A DNA stretch of 64,000 nt, from the NCBI GenBank assembly GCA_951406725.2, contig OX597831.1, forward strand, positions 71,238,001 through 71,302,000. The letters are read 5' to 3'. This document shows, in pieces, positions 13,157 through 25,332 of the stretch. Source of the DNA: Octopus vulgaris (lineage: Eukaryota). Both the position numbers and the translations under genes were made by a program. Position 1 is the first letter of the stretch, and every line of letters starts with the position of its first letter. Under the pieces are notes generated by a model, which worked only from the letters and a program-made list of their open reading frames with translations, ran no database searches and was not told the origin of the DNA.

Positions 13157-14682
13157 CAGTTAAAACCCATGTAATTTGCACACCTGTGTAACTTACGCAG
13201 GTGATTCTCAGAATAAAAATTGTTAAAAAAAGCTTCTATTCATGTAAAATTCACACCCAAAAGTTTTCATAATTGCTGATATGGCCAGGGGGAAAAGGTT
13301 TTTAATTTAGTTATATTTAGCAGAATTTCACTTACTTTCATTAAATAAAAAATAATTTCTGTTTAACAGGTATCACATTGAAAGCTATTAAATCACAAAG
13401 TGTTTATGTCATTTATACTAAACTTTATTTTACATTACATGCCCACAAGAGATTATGTCTGATCTTTAGCATACTGTCATAAGTCTTCTCAAATCATGAT
13501 CACAGGAAAAGTTGTTGATAATTCTTAATAACAAAAACAAAGCTGATAAATATGCACAAGTGTTGCAAAATAAGTTTAATTACCAATAAACATCAGCTTG
13601 GATGACACACCAACAGAAGGAGATGACCAATCAAACTGATTATGTAAACAGAATTCTGATTGGTCGAAAGTGTCTTGTCTCAATCTCTGATTTTCTGCCT
13701 ATTCTTGTAGGAACCTTTGATATGGAGTATCGAAATTTTAATCCTGTTCACACTTATAAAATGTCAAGCAAACTTTAAAATTTGTCATTACTGTTTTAGC
13801 CAGGAGACCAAACTGATACTTTGTAACCTGCTAAAATAAACATTAAAATTCGAAAGAACATAAACAGCTTTGCAAGTTTAACTCAGTGTTTATTGAACAA
13901 GTGACATGCAAAATTTAAGAAGCAACCTGTTAGAATATAAATGTCTGTGAGGAGATATAAACAAGAATAGCAAAAATCTTCTATACCAAAGCAGCTGGTA
14001 ATATATACATTACAAGTGTTCCATGAAGAGAACATAAGATTGCTGCATAATTCAACACGAATGTAAAATGACATTAAACATCGTACAAGGTAAATGAAGG
14101 TTTCTGTAGGAAAGCTAAGTCATATTCATTAATGAGTTTACATGCGCAAGGATGTATTATGATGTTGTCATTGGCATTAGGTGCAGTAAGAGCTGGTCAT
14201 GGTGATGTCGGCAGTGATGAATTTCCTTGTCCTAATTGTGGAGAAAGCGAGCAACAGCTTCCTGGAGGTAAACCAAGCTAGACTTCTTAAGCAGAGAAAA
14301 ACTGATCTATTTAAGGAAATTGCTGGACTCCATTGCGATTGGTAGAAACTCCAAGCAATGTAAAATATGGCCTGGACCATGTTTACCAGCATGAACGTCA
14401 AACTTCAAAAAGTAGTTAAGTATTTAATGGTTTTAGTAAATTTATACAGAAAAAGTGAGCATTATACCGTCAGGCATAAATAAAAGTCAACTTCATTATA
14501 TTTGTTCTGTAAAAACCTATTCTGACATTAAATGAGTCAACTTCCCGTATGATTGTTTACATTTGTACGCCATTTTTCTACAAAAACATTTCTGGATTTG
14601 ATCTACTCGTAATTTACACACCCCTAAAGTTTATCTTTGTTTTTGCGAAAAAAAAGTGCGTAAACGACATGGGTTTTTATGG
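13157..14682. mobile_element. Non-autonomous pogo/Tc1-mariner-superfamily DNA transposon
   Basis: TA flanks; imperfect 27-bp TIRs (cagttaaaacccatgtaatttgcacac vs reverse complement ccataaaaacccatgtcgtttacgcac, 20/27 match); subterminal GTAATTTRCACACC-like repeats. Confidence 0.6.
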
Positions 14683-14773
14683 TAATATTGTTAGCCTGGT
14701 GTTCCAACAGAGAGCTTGTGAAGTATTTTGCCTGGATTGATAATCCCTCACTATTTGAGCTGTTTAAACACTT

Positions 14774-14813
<40 letters not shown>

Positions 14814-14848
14814 TACATATATATATGTATGTATGTATTAATGCAAAA

Positions 14849-14987
14849 ACTGCCTGATGAAGTATGTACGTAGAATTAATAGGTTCCTATAGGGACCATG
14901 GATATTATATGATATTTAATAATATCATATGAATGTGGTAAGATGGTCCCATAAAAATTCATGTCTTGTAGAAACATATGTAGGAAT
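14849..14987 (+). ncRNA. Hammerhead-ribozyme-like motif (type I) with ~110-nt structured stem II; Penelope pLTR relic
   Basis: CTGATGA 14854-14860 ... GAAAC-ATAT-GTA 14971-14982; nested hairpins gggaccat/atggtccc and atatgatatt/aatatcatat; stem I degenerate; AATAAA just downstream. Confidence 0.6.
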
Positions 14988-15052
14988 TCATTAATAAATA
15001 TAGAAAATCTTCATCTGTGAAATATTCCTTGTGAAATATTTATTAATATATA

Positions 15053-15154
<102 letters not shown>

Positions 15155-15171
15155 ACACACGCATACACATA

Positions 15172-15300
15172 TGATGGGTCCATCCCTGCAGATCACGTGT
15201 TGTGTAACAACAGTGGTTCTGTCATCAAAATAGGGCAGTTTAAGGAAGCACATATCAGACTTAGGATTATGGACCCTTTTATATTGTTTACTCCCTTTAT
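15172..15300 (-). mobile_element. Penelope-like ORF fragment (RT/endonuclease linker)
   Basis: ORF 15011-15304 contains FLKLPYFDD, an LxLPY motif typical of the region just C-terminal to PLE RTs. Confidence 0.5.
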
Positions 15301-15589
15301 GCATGTGTGTTTGTGTGTGTGCGTGTGTGTTTATATAAAGAAAATGATGGTAGTTAGAATGAGGATAAAAACTATTTATTTAGCACTTTCCTCCGTTTCA
15401 GGGACTCATCATGAAAGGGTTTCAAGGAATTTGCCATGTATCTCTTCCATAGCAAGACTCATGTGCTTATCTGGCCAGCATACTTTACCTTCTCAATACT
15501 TGGCATAAAGCCACCTACCCCTCTACTACAACACCACTTATTTTAGAGAGCTTCTTTTTTTTTCTTTTTTGTTTTGTAAGTTACTTGAC

Positions 15590-15965
<376 letters not shown>

Positions 15966-16098
15966 GTGTCGGTTGACTATATATAAATAACCTTGCATAT
16001 ATAGTTGATATATATATATATAGTTTTTAAAAGTTTTTAGCTGTATAATGAGTTCAGTATCATACATACATACATACATACACACACACACACTGAGT

Positions 16099-16145
<47 letters not shown>

Positions 16146-16740
16146 ATTGATTGACTGACTTACTAGTTTTTGTTTTTGTTTTTTTTTTTTTTTTCTTTTC
16201 TTGTCTGAAAAATTTCAAATAAATAATTGTTTTTCTATTTATAATTCCTAGTCAATTTTTTAAATAAGAAATGTTGGCACCATCTTTATTTCCGAGGCCC
16301 CATGTCAATGAAAGCATTCATATTGTGAAAAGTAGATGCTTTATACATGTCAAGAAAGGAAAGTGTTTTTCTCTTGCCAAAAAAGTGTAAATGTTTTTGT
16401 TTGGGGGGGCGAAAAACAAAAGTGTTTTATGGGCTATTATTTCAACTAGACACTGTGGACTTTAATAATTACTTTCTGTTAGAAAAAGTTATATTACTCA
16501 TAACTAATTAATAAACAGCTTTCTTTCTCATTGTATAGATGCTTGTCACATCTTACACCCAATAATACATGAACTGTATGAATTATCCAAAACATGGTTT
16601 AGTTGAGATGTATTTTTAATCACAATTTCTTGCTGCCCTTTATCTGCATGAGGTAGAACTTCCCTAAGCTTTACATCCTCACCACAATTTGAACAAATTC
16701 AAATGCAAGGAGAGAGGCTACAAATTTGCAGAAAACTTCC

Positions 16741-17160
16741 CCTCCCCCACTGCTTGACAACTGGTTTTGGTGTGTTTATGTCCCTGTAACTTAGCGGTTC
16801 AGCAATGAGTCCAGTGGAATAAAACAGAAGTACTGGGGTCAATTCCTTTGACTAAAAATTGTTCGTGGCTTTGCCCCAGAATGGCCACAGTCTAATGACT
16901 GAAAGAAGTAAAAGATAAAAGATTAATACATATATGAATGTATTTCTGTCTGTGTGTCCCCGACCACTGCTTGATATTTGGTGTTGGTTTGTTTATGTTC
17001 CCGTGACTTATTGGTTTGGCAATAGAAACTGATAGAATAAGTATCAGGCTTTTAAGAAAAGTAATAAGTACTGTTGTCAATTCATTTGACTAACACCCTT
17101 CATGGTGATGCCCCAGCATGGCCATAGTCCAGTGACTGAAACAAGTAAAAGATAAAAGAA
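16741..17160 (+). mobile_element. Two tandem diverged SINE-A 3' halves
   Basis: cactgcttga...tttatgt...aagtactg...atggcca.agtc.a.tgactgaaa.aagtaaaagataaaaga occurs twice. Confidence 0.75.
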
Positions 17161-17216
17161 TTTGATGGCCACAATTACAATGATGACAGTATCACACTTG
17201 ATGATTTATATCGTCT

Positions 17217-17434
17217 ACTCTTTTACTCTTTTACTCTTTTAGTTGTTTCAGTCATTTGACTGTGGCCATGCTGGAGCACTGCCTTTAATCGAGCAACTCG
17301 ACCCCATGCCTTATTCTTTTGTAAGCCCAGTACTTATTCTATCAGTCTCTTTTGCTGAACCGCTAAGTAACGGGGACATAAACATACCAGCATCGGTTGT
17401 CAAGCAATGCTAGGGGACAAACACAGACACACAA

Positions 17435-17487
<53 letters not shown>

Positions 17488-17648
17488 TACGACGGGCTTC
17501 TTTCAGTTTCCGTCTACCAAATCCACTCACAAGGCTTTGGTCGGCCCAAGGCTATAGTAGAAGACACTTGCCCAAGGTGCCACGCAGTGGGACTGAACCC
17601 GAAACCATGTGGTTGGTAAACAAGCTACTTACCACACTGCCACTCCTA
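17217..17648 (-). mobile_element. SINE-A, full length
   Basis: Reverse complement of the 5980 copy with (TTTTACTC)n tail. Confidence 0.93.
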
Positions 17649-17992
17649 GCCAACACTTTACTGTTAACTATTTTACTTTTCTTCCTTAATTGCTGTCTTC
17701 TGATGGAAAATGTTTGCTTTTAACTTCTAAAACACCTGCTGTTGACTTTCACTTTCAAATGACTCTGGAAACAATGAAACACTGGAATGTTTTATTTCTG
17801 GCAATTCTAGCTTAATATGTTAATTGATTATTTTTAACACCTGTGTTAAGCTAAACGAACTTAATACTGGTGTTAAGTAAAATGAACCCAAAAGCAGGTG
17901 GTTAAGAAGTGACATACTTCACCACACAGCCACATCTGTACTTATATTACATACCTCTTATCATTTGATACAAAGCCACCTCACTCAATACC

Positions 17993-18224
17993 CATTTCTT
18001 TATTACCCACAAGGGGCTAAACACAGAGGGGACAAAGAAGGACAGACATAGGTATTAAGTCGATTACATTGACCCCAGTGCGTAACTGGTACTTAATTTA
18101 TTGACCCCGAAAGGATGAAAGGCAAAGTCAACCTCGGCGGAATTTGAACTCACAACGTAACACTGACGAAATACCGCTAAGCATTTCGCCCGGTGTGCTA
18201 ACGTTTCTGCCAGCTCGCCGCCTT
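17993..18224 (-). mobile_element. SINE-C, full length
   Basis: Matches the 12787 copy; flanking duplication acctcactca(a)tacc. Confidence 0.92.
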
Positions 18225-18334
18225 AAACCTCACTCATACCACTCTCCCCTGTGGGGTGTCTTTGTCTTGCAAGTTACTTGGTCACCTCACTAGTGCTGGT
18301 GCAATGTAAATTGTTTACACCCAGTACACTCTGT

Positions 18335-18656
18335 AAAAGAAATTTTGAAGTTCAATTTTCCCAATCATTTCATTTTTCCCATGTAACTCTCTAATCTTAG
18401 GTCCTATACCTAAAAACTAACTTTAAGCCCAAACCTTTAATCACTAACCTTCAACCTAACCCTCAGACCTCACACTAAAACCCTACCCTAACCTAAGTTT
18501 TCCTTCTGAGATTATAATCTCCTATGTTTAATATATATAATTATGAAAGAAATTTAGGAACAAAATGTTAAATATTCAGAAGTTACAATTGTATTCTCCA
18601 GAATGGAGAGTTTGAGCATTGGCACTAAATTTCTGAAACAAGGAATGTCATTTATT
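18335..18656. repeat. Left arm of a ~320-bp inverted repeat (partner 19710-20153), inserted in a family D relic
   Basis: Reverse-complement match; flanked by the direct repeat cactctgtaaa (18327-18337, 18665-18675); contains degenerate CCTAAC/CCCTAA units. Confidence 0.9.
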
Positions 18657-18811
18657 ATGTCAACCACTCTGTAAAGTGGTTGACATTAGGAAGGGCATCC
18701 AGAAATGATACCAAAGCAGACAATAGAACTTTGCACAGTCCTCGACTCCTGTCAAACCGTCCAATCCATGCCAGCATGGAAAATGAATACTAAATGGTAA
18801 TGATGATGATA

Positions 18812-19210
18812 TCTTTATATATAAAAGAGAGGTTGTGTGTCTGTCTCCTACGATTTACATTCCTAACTACTCCCACATTTTGCAGTGCAGTTTAACCAAA
18901 ACCGGGTATCTTATAGTCGTGATTCATATCGAGCCCTTCTGGGTATTAGCGCACGTCTACGATGAGTCTACGATTTAAAAAAAAATTTACCATCATTTTT
19001 TTCCATTTTAATGCATTTCTTTCGCTATTATATAAGGGAAGTAACTCTTCAAAAATGTCTACGATGAGTCAACGATTTAAAAAAAAATTGCCATCATTTT
19101 TTTTCCACTTTTAATGCATTTTTTTGCTATTTTTTTGGCTATAACTCTCTAAAAATGCTTATATAGTTATTTCCCTTACAAACCCGAGCAACGCCGGGCG
19201 ATACTGCTAG
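18812..19210 (+). mobile_element. Non-autonomous Helitron
   Basis: A|TC start, subterminal hairpin cccgagcaacgccggg, CTAG|T end, no TSD; second copy at 30887. Confidence 0.88.
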
Positions 19211-19296
19211 TTTTATTATATATTTCATCAATTAAACTATGGGTTTAATTGCAAAGTTGTGCAATATGAAACCTGTGTCGATTTTCTAGACTTTGA

Positions 19297-19690
19297 GGTG
19301 TAGTGTGTGGTAAGAAGCTTGCTTCCCAACCACATAGTTTGGGGTTCTGTCCCACTGCATGGAACCTTGGGCAAGTTTCTTCTACTATAACTTCAGGCTG
19401 ACCAAAGCTTTGTGAGTGGATTTGGTATACTGAAACTGAAAGAAGCCTGTCATATATATGTATATATATATATTTTTTTTTTGTGTGTGTGTGTGTCCCA
19501 CCATCTCCATTGCTTGACTACTGGTGCTGGTGTGTTTATGTTCCTGTAACTTTGCTGTTCAGCAAAAGGGATCAACAGAATAAGTACCTGGTTTAGACAA
19601 AACAAAAACAAAACAACTAAGTACTGGGGTTGAATTTTTTCAAGATGGTACCCCAGCTTCATTGCAGTTAATGATAGAAAGAAGCAGAAG
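19297..19690 (+). mobile_element. Diverged SINE-A copy
   Basis: Recognisable head, central microsatellite and 3' body. Confidence 0.8.
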
Positions 19691-19709
19691 ATTCTGAAGA
19701 GATACGGAA

Positions 19710-20153
19710 AATAAATGACATTCCTTGTTTCAGAAATTTAGTGCCAATGCTCAAACTCTCCATTTTGGAAAACACAATCTTAACTTCTGCATCTTTAACA
19801 TTTTGTTCCTAAATTGCTTTCATAATTATATGTATTAAACATATAATTATATTTAATACATAATTATATTTATTAAATTATATATAATTTAATACATATA
19901 AATTATGTAATAAATTTATATGTATTAAATGTATTTATATGTATTCTGAGATTATAATCTCCTATTGGAGATTATAATCTCAGAAGGAAAAATTAGGTTA
20001 AGGTAGAGTTTTAGTGTCAGGTTTGAGGGTTAGGTTGAAGGTTAGTGATTAAAGGTTTGTGTTTAAAGTTAGTTTTTAGGTATAGGACCTGAGGTTAGAG
20101 AGTTACATGGGAAAATGAAATGATTGGGATAATTGAACTTCAAAATTTCTTTT
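19710..20153. repeat. Right arm of the inverted repeat (probable donor), with extra AT-rich expansion
   Basis: Reverse complement of 18335-18656 plus an AT-rich insert at ~19845-19965. Confidence 0.9.
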
Positions 20154-20254
20154 CTTTTCTTCAGACATTTTTAATGTCTTTTGTTTAAATCAGAGAAATC
20201 TAACAAAAAAAAAAAAAGAAATTCCTGAATAAAATGAAAATGCAAAAAAATTGA

Positions 20255-20610
20255 TGACCAGATACAACTTGTACTGGATGTCCTCATGCACAACTCATCT
20301 GAAGGTGCATTCTGAAACCTTGAGGTCATTTTCAATGACTGTGATTGATTTTCTGGAGCTTTTATTGATTATTTATCGAGCTTTTTGTACAAAGTTATAT
20401 GTTCTGATAATATTAGGAACGTGTGCATGCATTTTGTGTTCAGCTACTGATGTTTGATCTTTGTCAGCAGCTCCTAGCTTCTTTTGAACTTTGACAATGA
20501 AGTATCAGGCAACTTCCAGGTAGCAGGGTATCCCTGCATCACTATTCTCTGCTTTGAGTGCAGTGATTACCAGGTGCTTTTTCATTTGCTGAGTTAACCT
20601 GATGCCAGAC
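20255..20610 (-). pseudogene. Tc1/mariner-superfamily (maT/DD37D-like) transposase N-terminal relic
   Basis: Minus strand LTQQMKKHLVITALKAE...IIRTYNFVQKAR*IINKSSRKSITVIENDLKVSECTFR*VVHEDIQYK resembles an HTH region; has stops. Confidence 0.65.
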
Positions 20611-20721
20611 TTTATTTATGTAAAAATAAGCTAACAAATATAAGTTAGAAGAAAGTTAGCATTTTTGAAAAATAAAAGAAGTATTAGAAAACTTGCATTA
20701 TTTATGAGATAACATAATATA

Positions 20722-21455
20722 TCAGGTCATCTCATAAGTTCTGTCCGATTTTACCTTTTTTTAAAAAAATTGAATGAAATTTAATAGTATTTTAGAATTA
20801 GAATTATAGAATTAAAATTTCTTTGATCAAAACCCTTTCTAACATGGAAGTATCCAAAGAGTATTTGATGCACATAATGCTTTATGAGTACAAAAAAGGA
20901 AACTCTGCAGCCGAAGTGACTCGAAACATACACTCAGTTTATGGGAAAGGATGCTTGAATGAAAGAACTTGCAGAAGATGGTTCGCAAAATTCAGAAGTG
21001 GAGATTTCAGCCTTGAAGATGAAGATTGAACAGGACATCTATCCGAGTTTGATGATAAGCTCCTTGAGGCATTACTTGAAGAAAATCCTGCATTATCAGC
21101 TGAAGAATTGACAATAAGGCTTAGTTCAAACCATACAACTGTTCATTGTCATCTTCAACAACTTGGAGAGGTTCCTGAATTTGGAAAATGGGTGCCTCAT
21201 GAATTGTCCGAAAGCAACCACAAATCCCAAGTTGACATCTACTCTTCTCTCCATTCTCGTGAACTCATTTCACCCTTTTCACCCTTTTTGGATAGACTTG
21301 TGATGAAAAATAGATCTATCAAAATGTTAAATGTCGTAAACAGTGGCTTTGTAAAAGGGCAAAAGCTCAACCACAACCAAGAAGGGAACCTCATGGGAAA
21401 AAGTTTCTTCTCTCTATCTGGTGGGATTGCAAAGGAATAATTCACTTTGAATTGT
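20722..21455 (+). mobile_element. Mariner transposon relic (left TIR + transposase 5' half)
   Basis: ATG 20844 MEVSKEYLMHIMLYEYKKGNSAAEVTRNI..RRWFAKFRSGDFSLED*..KWVPHELS (WVPHEL at 21189); in-frame stop, truncated. Confidence 0.92.
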
Positions 21456-22019
21456 AATTTAAATTTTTAACCCCAACCCTGCACCAAGCAAGTGTGTGTG
21501 CATAAGAAAATACATATTTAGTAACAAAAAAGTATGTTATGAAAATAAATTATCTTTTACATTTTTAAAATCACACTGTCCACCCTACTGAAATTTGTTA
21601 CACACATCCATACACGCACATATGCATACACATATGCCCATCCATACACATGCCCATCCATACACACACAAACACACTTATCATGAATGATATACATTTA
21701 CAGAGAGTGAGAGACAGTATGGTAAATACATCTATAGAGAAAGAGAAAGTTTTTAACTAGAAAAGAGAAAAATGAAAGAAATAGACAAATTGACAGATCT
21801 TTTCTGTTGCTGTCATATATTTTGAAATTTTAAAGTTAAGTCAAAATTTTCAAATTTGATAAATTTATGTAGATTTTCACACCGAACTTGATTTTGTGAC
21901 CATATTTACCCAACCAGAAAACAGGATTTGGGAGCTAAGCATTTTGTGCATGATAGCTGTGTATCATAAAATGAAAATGAACATTACAGGTTGAAGTCTG
22001 AAACAAAATGAAAGTAATA

Positions 22020-23030
22020 GGTGCAGGAGTAGCTTGTTTACCAACCATATGGTTCCGGGTTCAGTCCCACTGCATGGCACCTTGGGCAAGTGTCTTCTAC
22101 TATAGCCTCGGGCTGACCAAAACCTTGTGAGTGGATTTGGTAATTGGAAACTGAAAGAAGCCCGTCGTATGAAGCCATAATCCGTGGCCCCTACCTGGGA
22201 CGTAGTCAGTCCACCTGTGCATACCTTCCTTCTTGTGACACTTGTGAAGACCTGTTGAGGCAAGTGAGAATCGAATCGTATCGAATCAAATCGAACCAAA
22301 TCAAAATAGATGAACATCAATGGAATTTGTATCCTTGTGGTACCAGTGCCGGTGGCACATAAGAAAACCATCCGAACGTGACCGTAGCCAGTACCGCAAT
22401 GACTGGCCTCCGTGCTGAGGGCACGTAACAAACACCATCCGAGCGTGGCCGTCCGCCAGCCTCGTCTGGCACCTGTGTCGGTGACACATAAGAAAACACC
22501 ATCCGAGCGTGGCCGTCTGCCAGCCTCGTCTGGCACCTGTGTCGGTGGCACATAAAAAACACCATCCGAGCGTGGCCGTCTGCCAGCCTCGTTTGGCACC
22601 TGTGTCGGTGGCACATAAAATCACCCACTACACTCTCGGAGTGGTTGGCGTTAGGAAGGGCATCCAGCTGTAGAAACACTGCCACATCTGACTGGCCTGG
22701 TGCAGCCTTCGGGCTTCCCAGACCCCAGTTGAACCGTCCAACCCATGCTAGCATGGAAAGCGGACGTTAAACGATGATGATGATGATGATGATGATATAT
22801 ATATATATATGCGTGTGTGTGTTTGTGTGCCTGTGTTTGTACCCCTAGCATTGCTTGACAACTGATGCTGGTGTGTTTACGTCCCCGTTACTTAGCGGTT
22901 CGGCAAAAGAGACCGATAGAATAAGTACTGGGCTTACAAAAGAATAAGTCCCGGAGTCGCGTTGCTCAACTAAAGGCGGTGCTCCAGCATGGCCGCAGTC
23001 AAATGACTGAAACAAGTAAAAGAGAGTAAA
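22020..23030 (+). mobile_element. SINE-A split by a family D insertion
   Basis: 5' half 22020-22170 and 3' half ~22796-23030 flank element D at the central microsatellite. Confidence 0.88.
22171..22795 (+). mobile_element. Family D SINE-like retroelement with internal ~60-bp repeat array and (GAT)n tail
   Basis: Four repeat units at ~22347-22620, GGTTGGCGTTAGGAAGGGCATCC motif and aaacgatgatgat tail; homologous to 46930 and 59118. Confidence 0.88.
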
Positions 23031-23879
23031 GTAACGTGTGAGAGGCAAAGATACAAGGAGAAAGTGTGGGAGGCATATACAAAGAGAAAGTGATAAAGAG
23101 TGTGGTAAATATATAGAGAGAGGGGAAAGTGTAAAAGAAAGAGTGTGTGGTGGTGATAGATAGAGACTTGTCAATCTAAAAGTTGAGTTCTCATGGCAGA
23201 TTATATTTTTTTGATTATTATTTATGGACAACCTCTTTGGGACACAGATTTCAAAAATTAAATTCATTTTTCTCAAGGAAGCACTGTTTCAGAGCCATCT
23301 GGTTCTAAGCACACACATACATAACCACACACACTCTCATTTATATAGTAGATATAAAATGCATAAAGATATATATGTATGTGAATGTGTATATTTTATA
23401 CAGTCATCCTTACAAACACACACATACATAATACAGATATTTTATCAGAATTTTACATAAAAATGATGGATAGTTTCACACTTTGCTTTGCAACTTTTCA
23501 TTTCTTTTTGTTTCAAATTTCTTAAAGAAATTCGGTTATTTCTCACACACTCTCTGACAGCTGTGAATATTATTGCCCCTACCACCATGACAGCTACCAC
23601 TGTTCTGTATAAGAGATATGATTTCTGCTGAGCTTTTCAGAAACTTTATCTTCAATGACTAACTATCTAAATAAATAATACATAAATAAATAAACATGAT
23701 AATTATATCAAAAGAACGATAAACAAGCCAAACTTATCAACTGTCATGATGGAAGCAAACTGTTTCCCATTAGACTGATTGTGATAAGAAAATCATCACA
23801 AAACTCATATTCGCTATTTATAAGAGTAGTTATTGTTTGTGTCAAAAAATACTCTTAATTCTTTATCAATTTTATAACC

Positions 23880-23972
23880 ATTACTCTCCTTTTGTCTCAA
23901 CCAGCCAGTTATTACTCTCCTTTTGTCTCAACCAGCCAGTTATTACTCTCCTTTTGTCTCAACCAGCCAGTT
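23880..23972. repeat. 31-bp tandem repeat x3
   Basis: attactctccttttgtctcaaccagccagtt, three perfect copies. Confidence 0.95.
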
Positions 23973-24080
23973 AGTATCATTAAAGAGTTTATCAAAATTA
24001 TTTTTTTCATTGCTGTTGCCAAATCTAGATTAGCAATGCAAGCTTTCATTTCCATTCTATTTACTGTTTAATATTGATTT

Positions 24081-24490
24081 ACTCTCTTTTACTCTTTTAC
24101 TTGTTTCAGTCATTTGACTGTGGCCATGCTGGAGCACCGCCTTTAATCGAGCAACTCGACCCCGGGACTTATTCTTTTGTAGGCCCAGTACTTATTCTAT
24201 CGGTCACTTTTGCCGAACCGCTAAGTAACGGGGACATAATCACACCAGCATCGGTTGTCAAGCAATGCTAGGGGGACAAACACAGACACACAAACACACA
24301 CACATGCATATATACATAATATATATACGACGGGCTTCTTTCAGTTTCCGTCTACCAAATCCACTCACAAGGCTTTGGCCGGCCCGAGGCTATAGTAGAA
24401 GACACTTGCCCAAGGTGCCATGCAGTGGGACTGAACCCGGAACCATGTGGTTGGTAAACAAGCTACTTACCACACAGCCACTCCTGTGCC
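24081..24490 (-). mobile_element. SINE-A, full length
   Basis: Reverse complement of the family consensus. Confidence 0.93.
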
Positions 24491-24860
24491 TCACTATTTT
24501 TTTTAAGAGTTAACAGGATCAATCCTCAACATAATTGGTGCTTCATTTTATTGAATTTCTTCCTTTTAAATGAAGGATGTAAGCCAAGAGAGTGACTTGT
24601 GAGATATACTTTTTAAAAAATTTTCCTTTGTGCATAATATTTTGTAAACAAGAACATCCTTGGTTGCTGGTCTTCAATGGACTAATCCCCAGTTTATTGT
24701 ATTTACAATTTCAAGTGTGAAAATAAAATGTCTATGCTACTTGAGCAGAACAAATACATACCACAACATATTTCTGACTGAAAGAAATGGTTTATCAGTA
24801 TTCTCACCAACGTTTACATCTTTCACATATATACCTTAGAAAGATACACACACACGAACA

Positions 24861-24935
<75 letters not shown>

Positions 24936-24945
24936 TATATAGAAG

Positions 24946-24994
24946 GAGCTTCTACATAGTACTGTTTCATTCAAGAGAAATCTTCAGGAAGCTC
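24946..24994 (-). ncRNA. Type I hammerhead ribozyme (Penelope pLTR-type)
   Basis: Minus strand gagcttc-CTGAAGA-tttc-tctt-gaat-GAA-Aca-gtacta-tgT-A-gaagctc: 7-bp stem I, intact core, short stem II, 3-bp stem III, GUA cleavage triplet. Confidence 0.8.
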
Positions 24995-25036
24995 TTGAAG
25001 AGCTTCCTGAAGATTTCTCTTGAATAAACAGTACTA
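24957..25036. repeat. Near-perfect palindrome (40/39-nt arms, 1-nt loop)
   Basis: 24957-24996 is the reverse complement of 24998-25036 except for one bulged C. Confidence 0.97.
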
Positions 25037-25289
25037 GTCCTGTATATATAATAAATTAATTTTACTCTGCTATGTATTGAGTACCTTACTTACTGTGGTT
25101 AACCCCGAATCAACCCGGGACCTACATATATATATATATATATATATATGCATATATATATATGCATATATATATATGCATATATATATATATATATATA
25201 CATGCATACGTTTGTGTACATCATCAAATGATGATGATGATAATGATGATGTCTGTCCACAAACATATGCGTATGCATAGATATATATA

Positions 25290-25332
<43 letters not shown>

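Noticed and set aside
17397-17723. Recurrent ORFs such as [37 protein letters not shown]
   Set aside because: Antisense translation of SINE-A, not a gene family.
18405-18500. Interstitial telomere
   Set aside because: CCTAAC/CCCTAA units are highly degenerate and are part of the duplicated segment.
22347-22620. CRISPR-like array (also 46934-47147, 59284-59560)
   Set aside because: Eukaryotic context, no cas genes, variable parts are short and related or identical, and the arrays sit inside a dispersed tailed retroposon.
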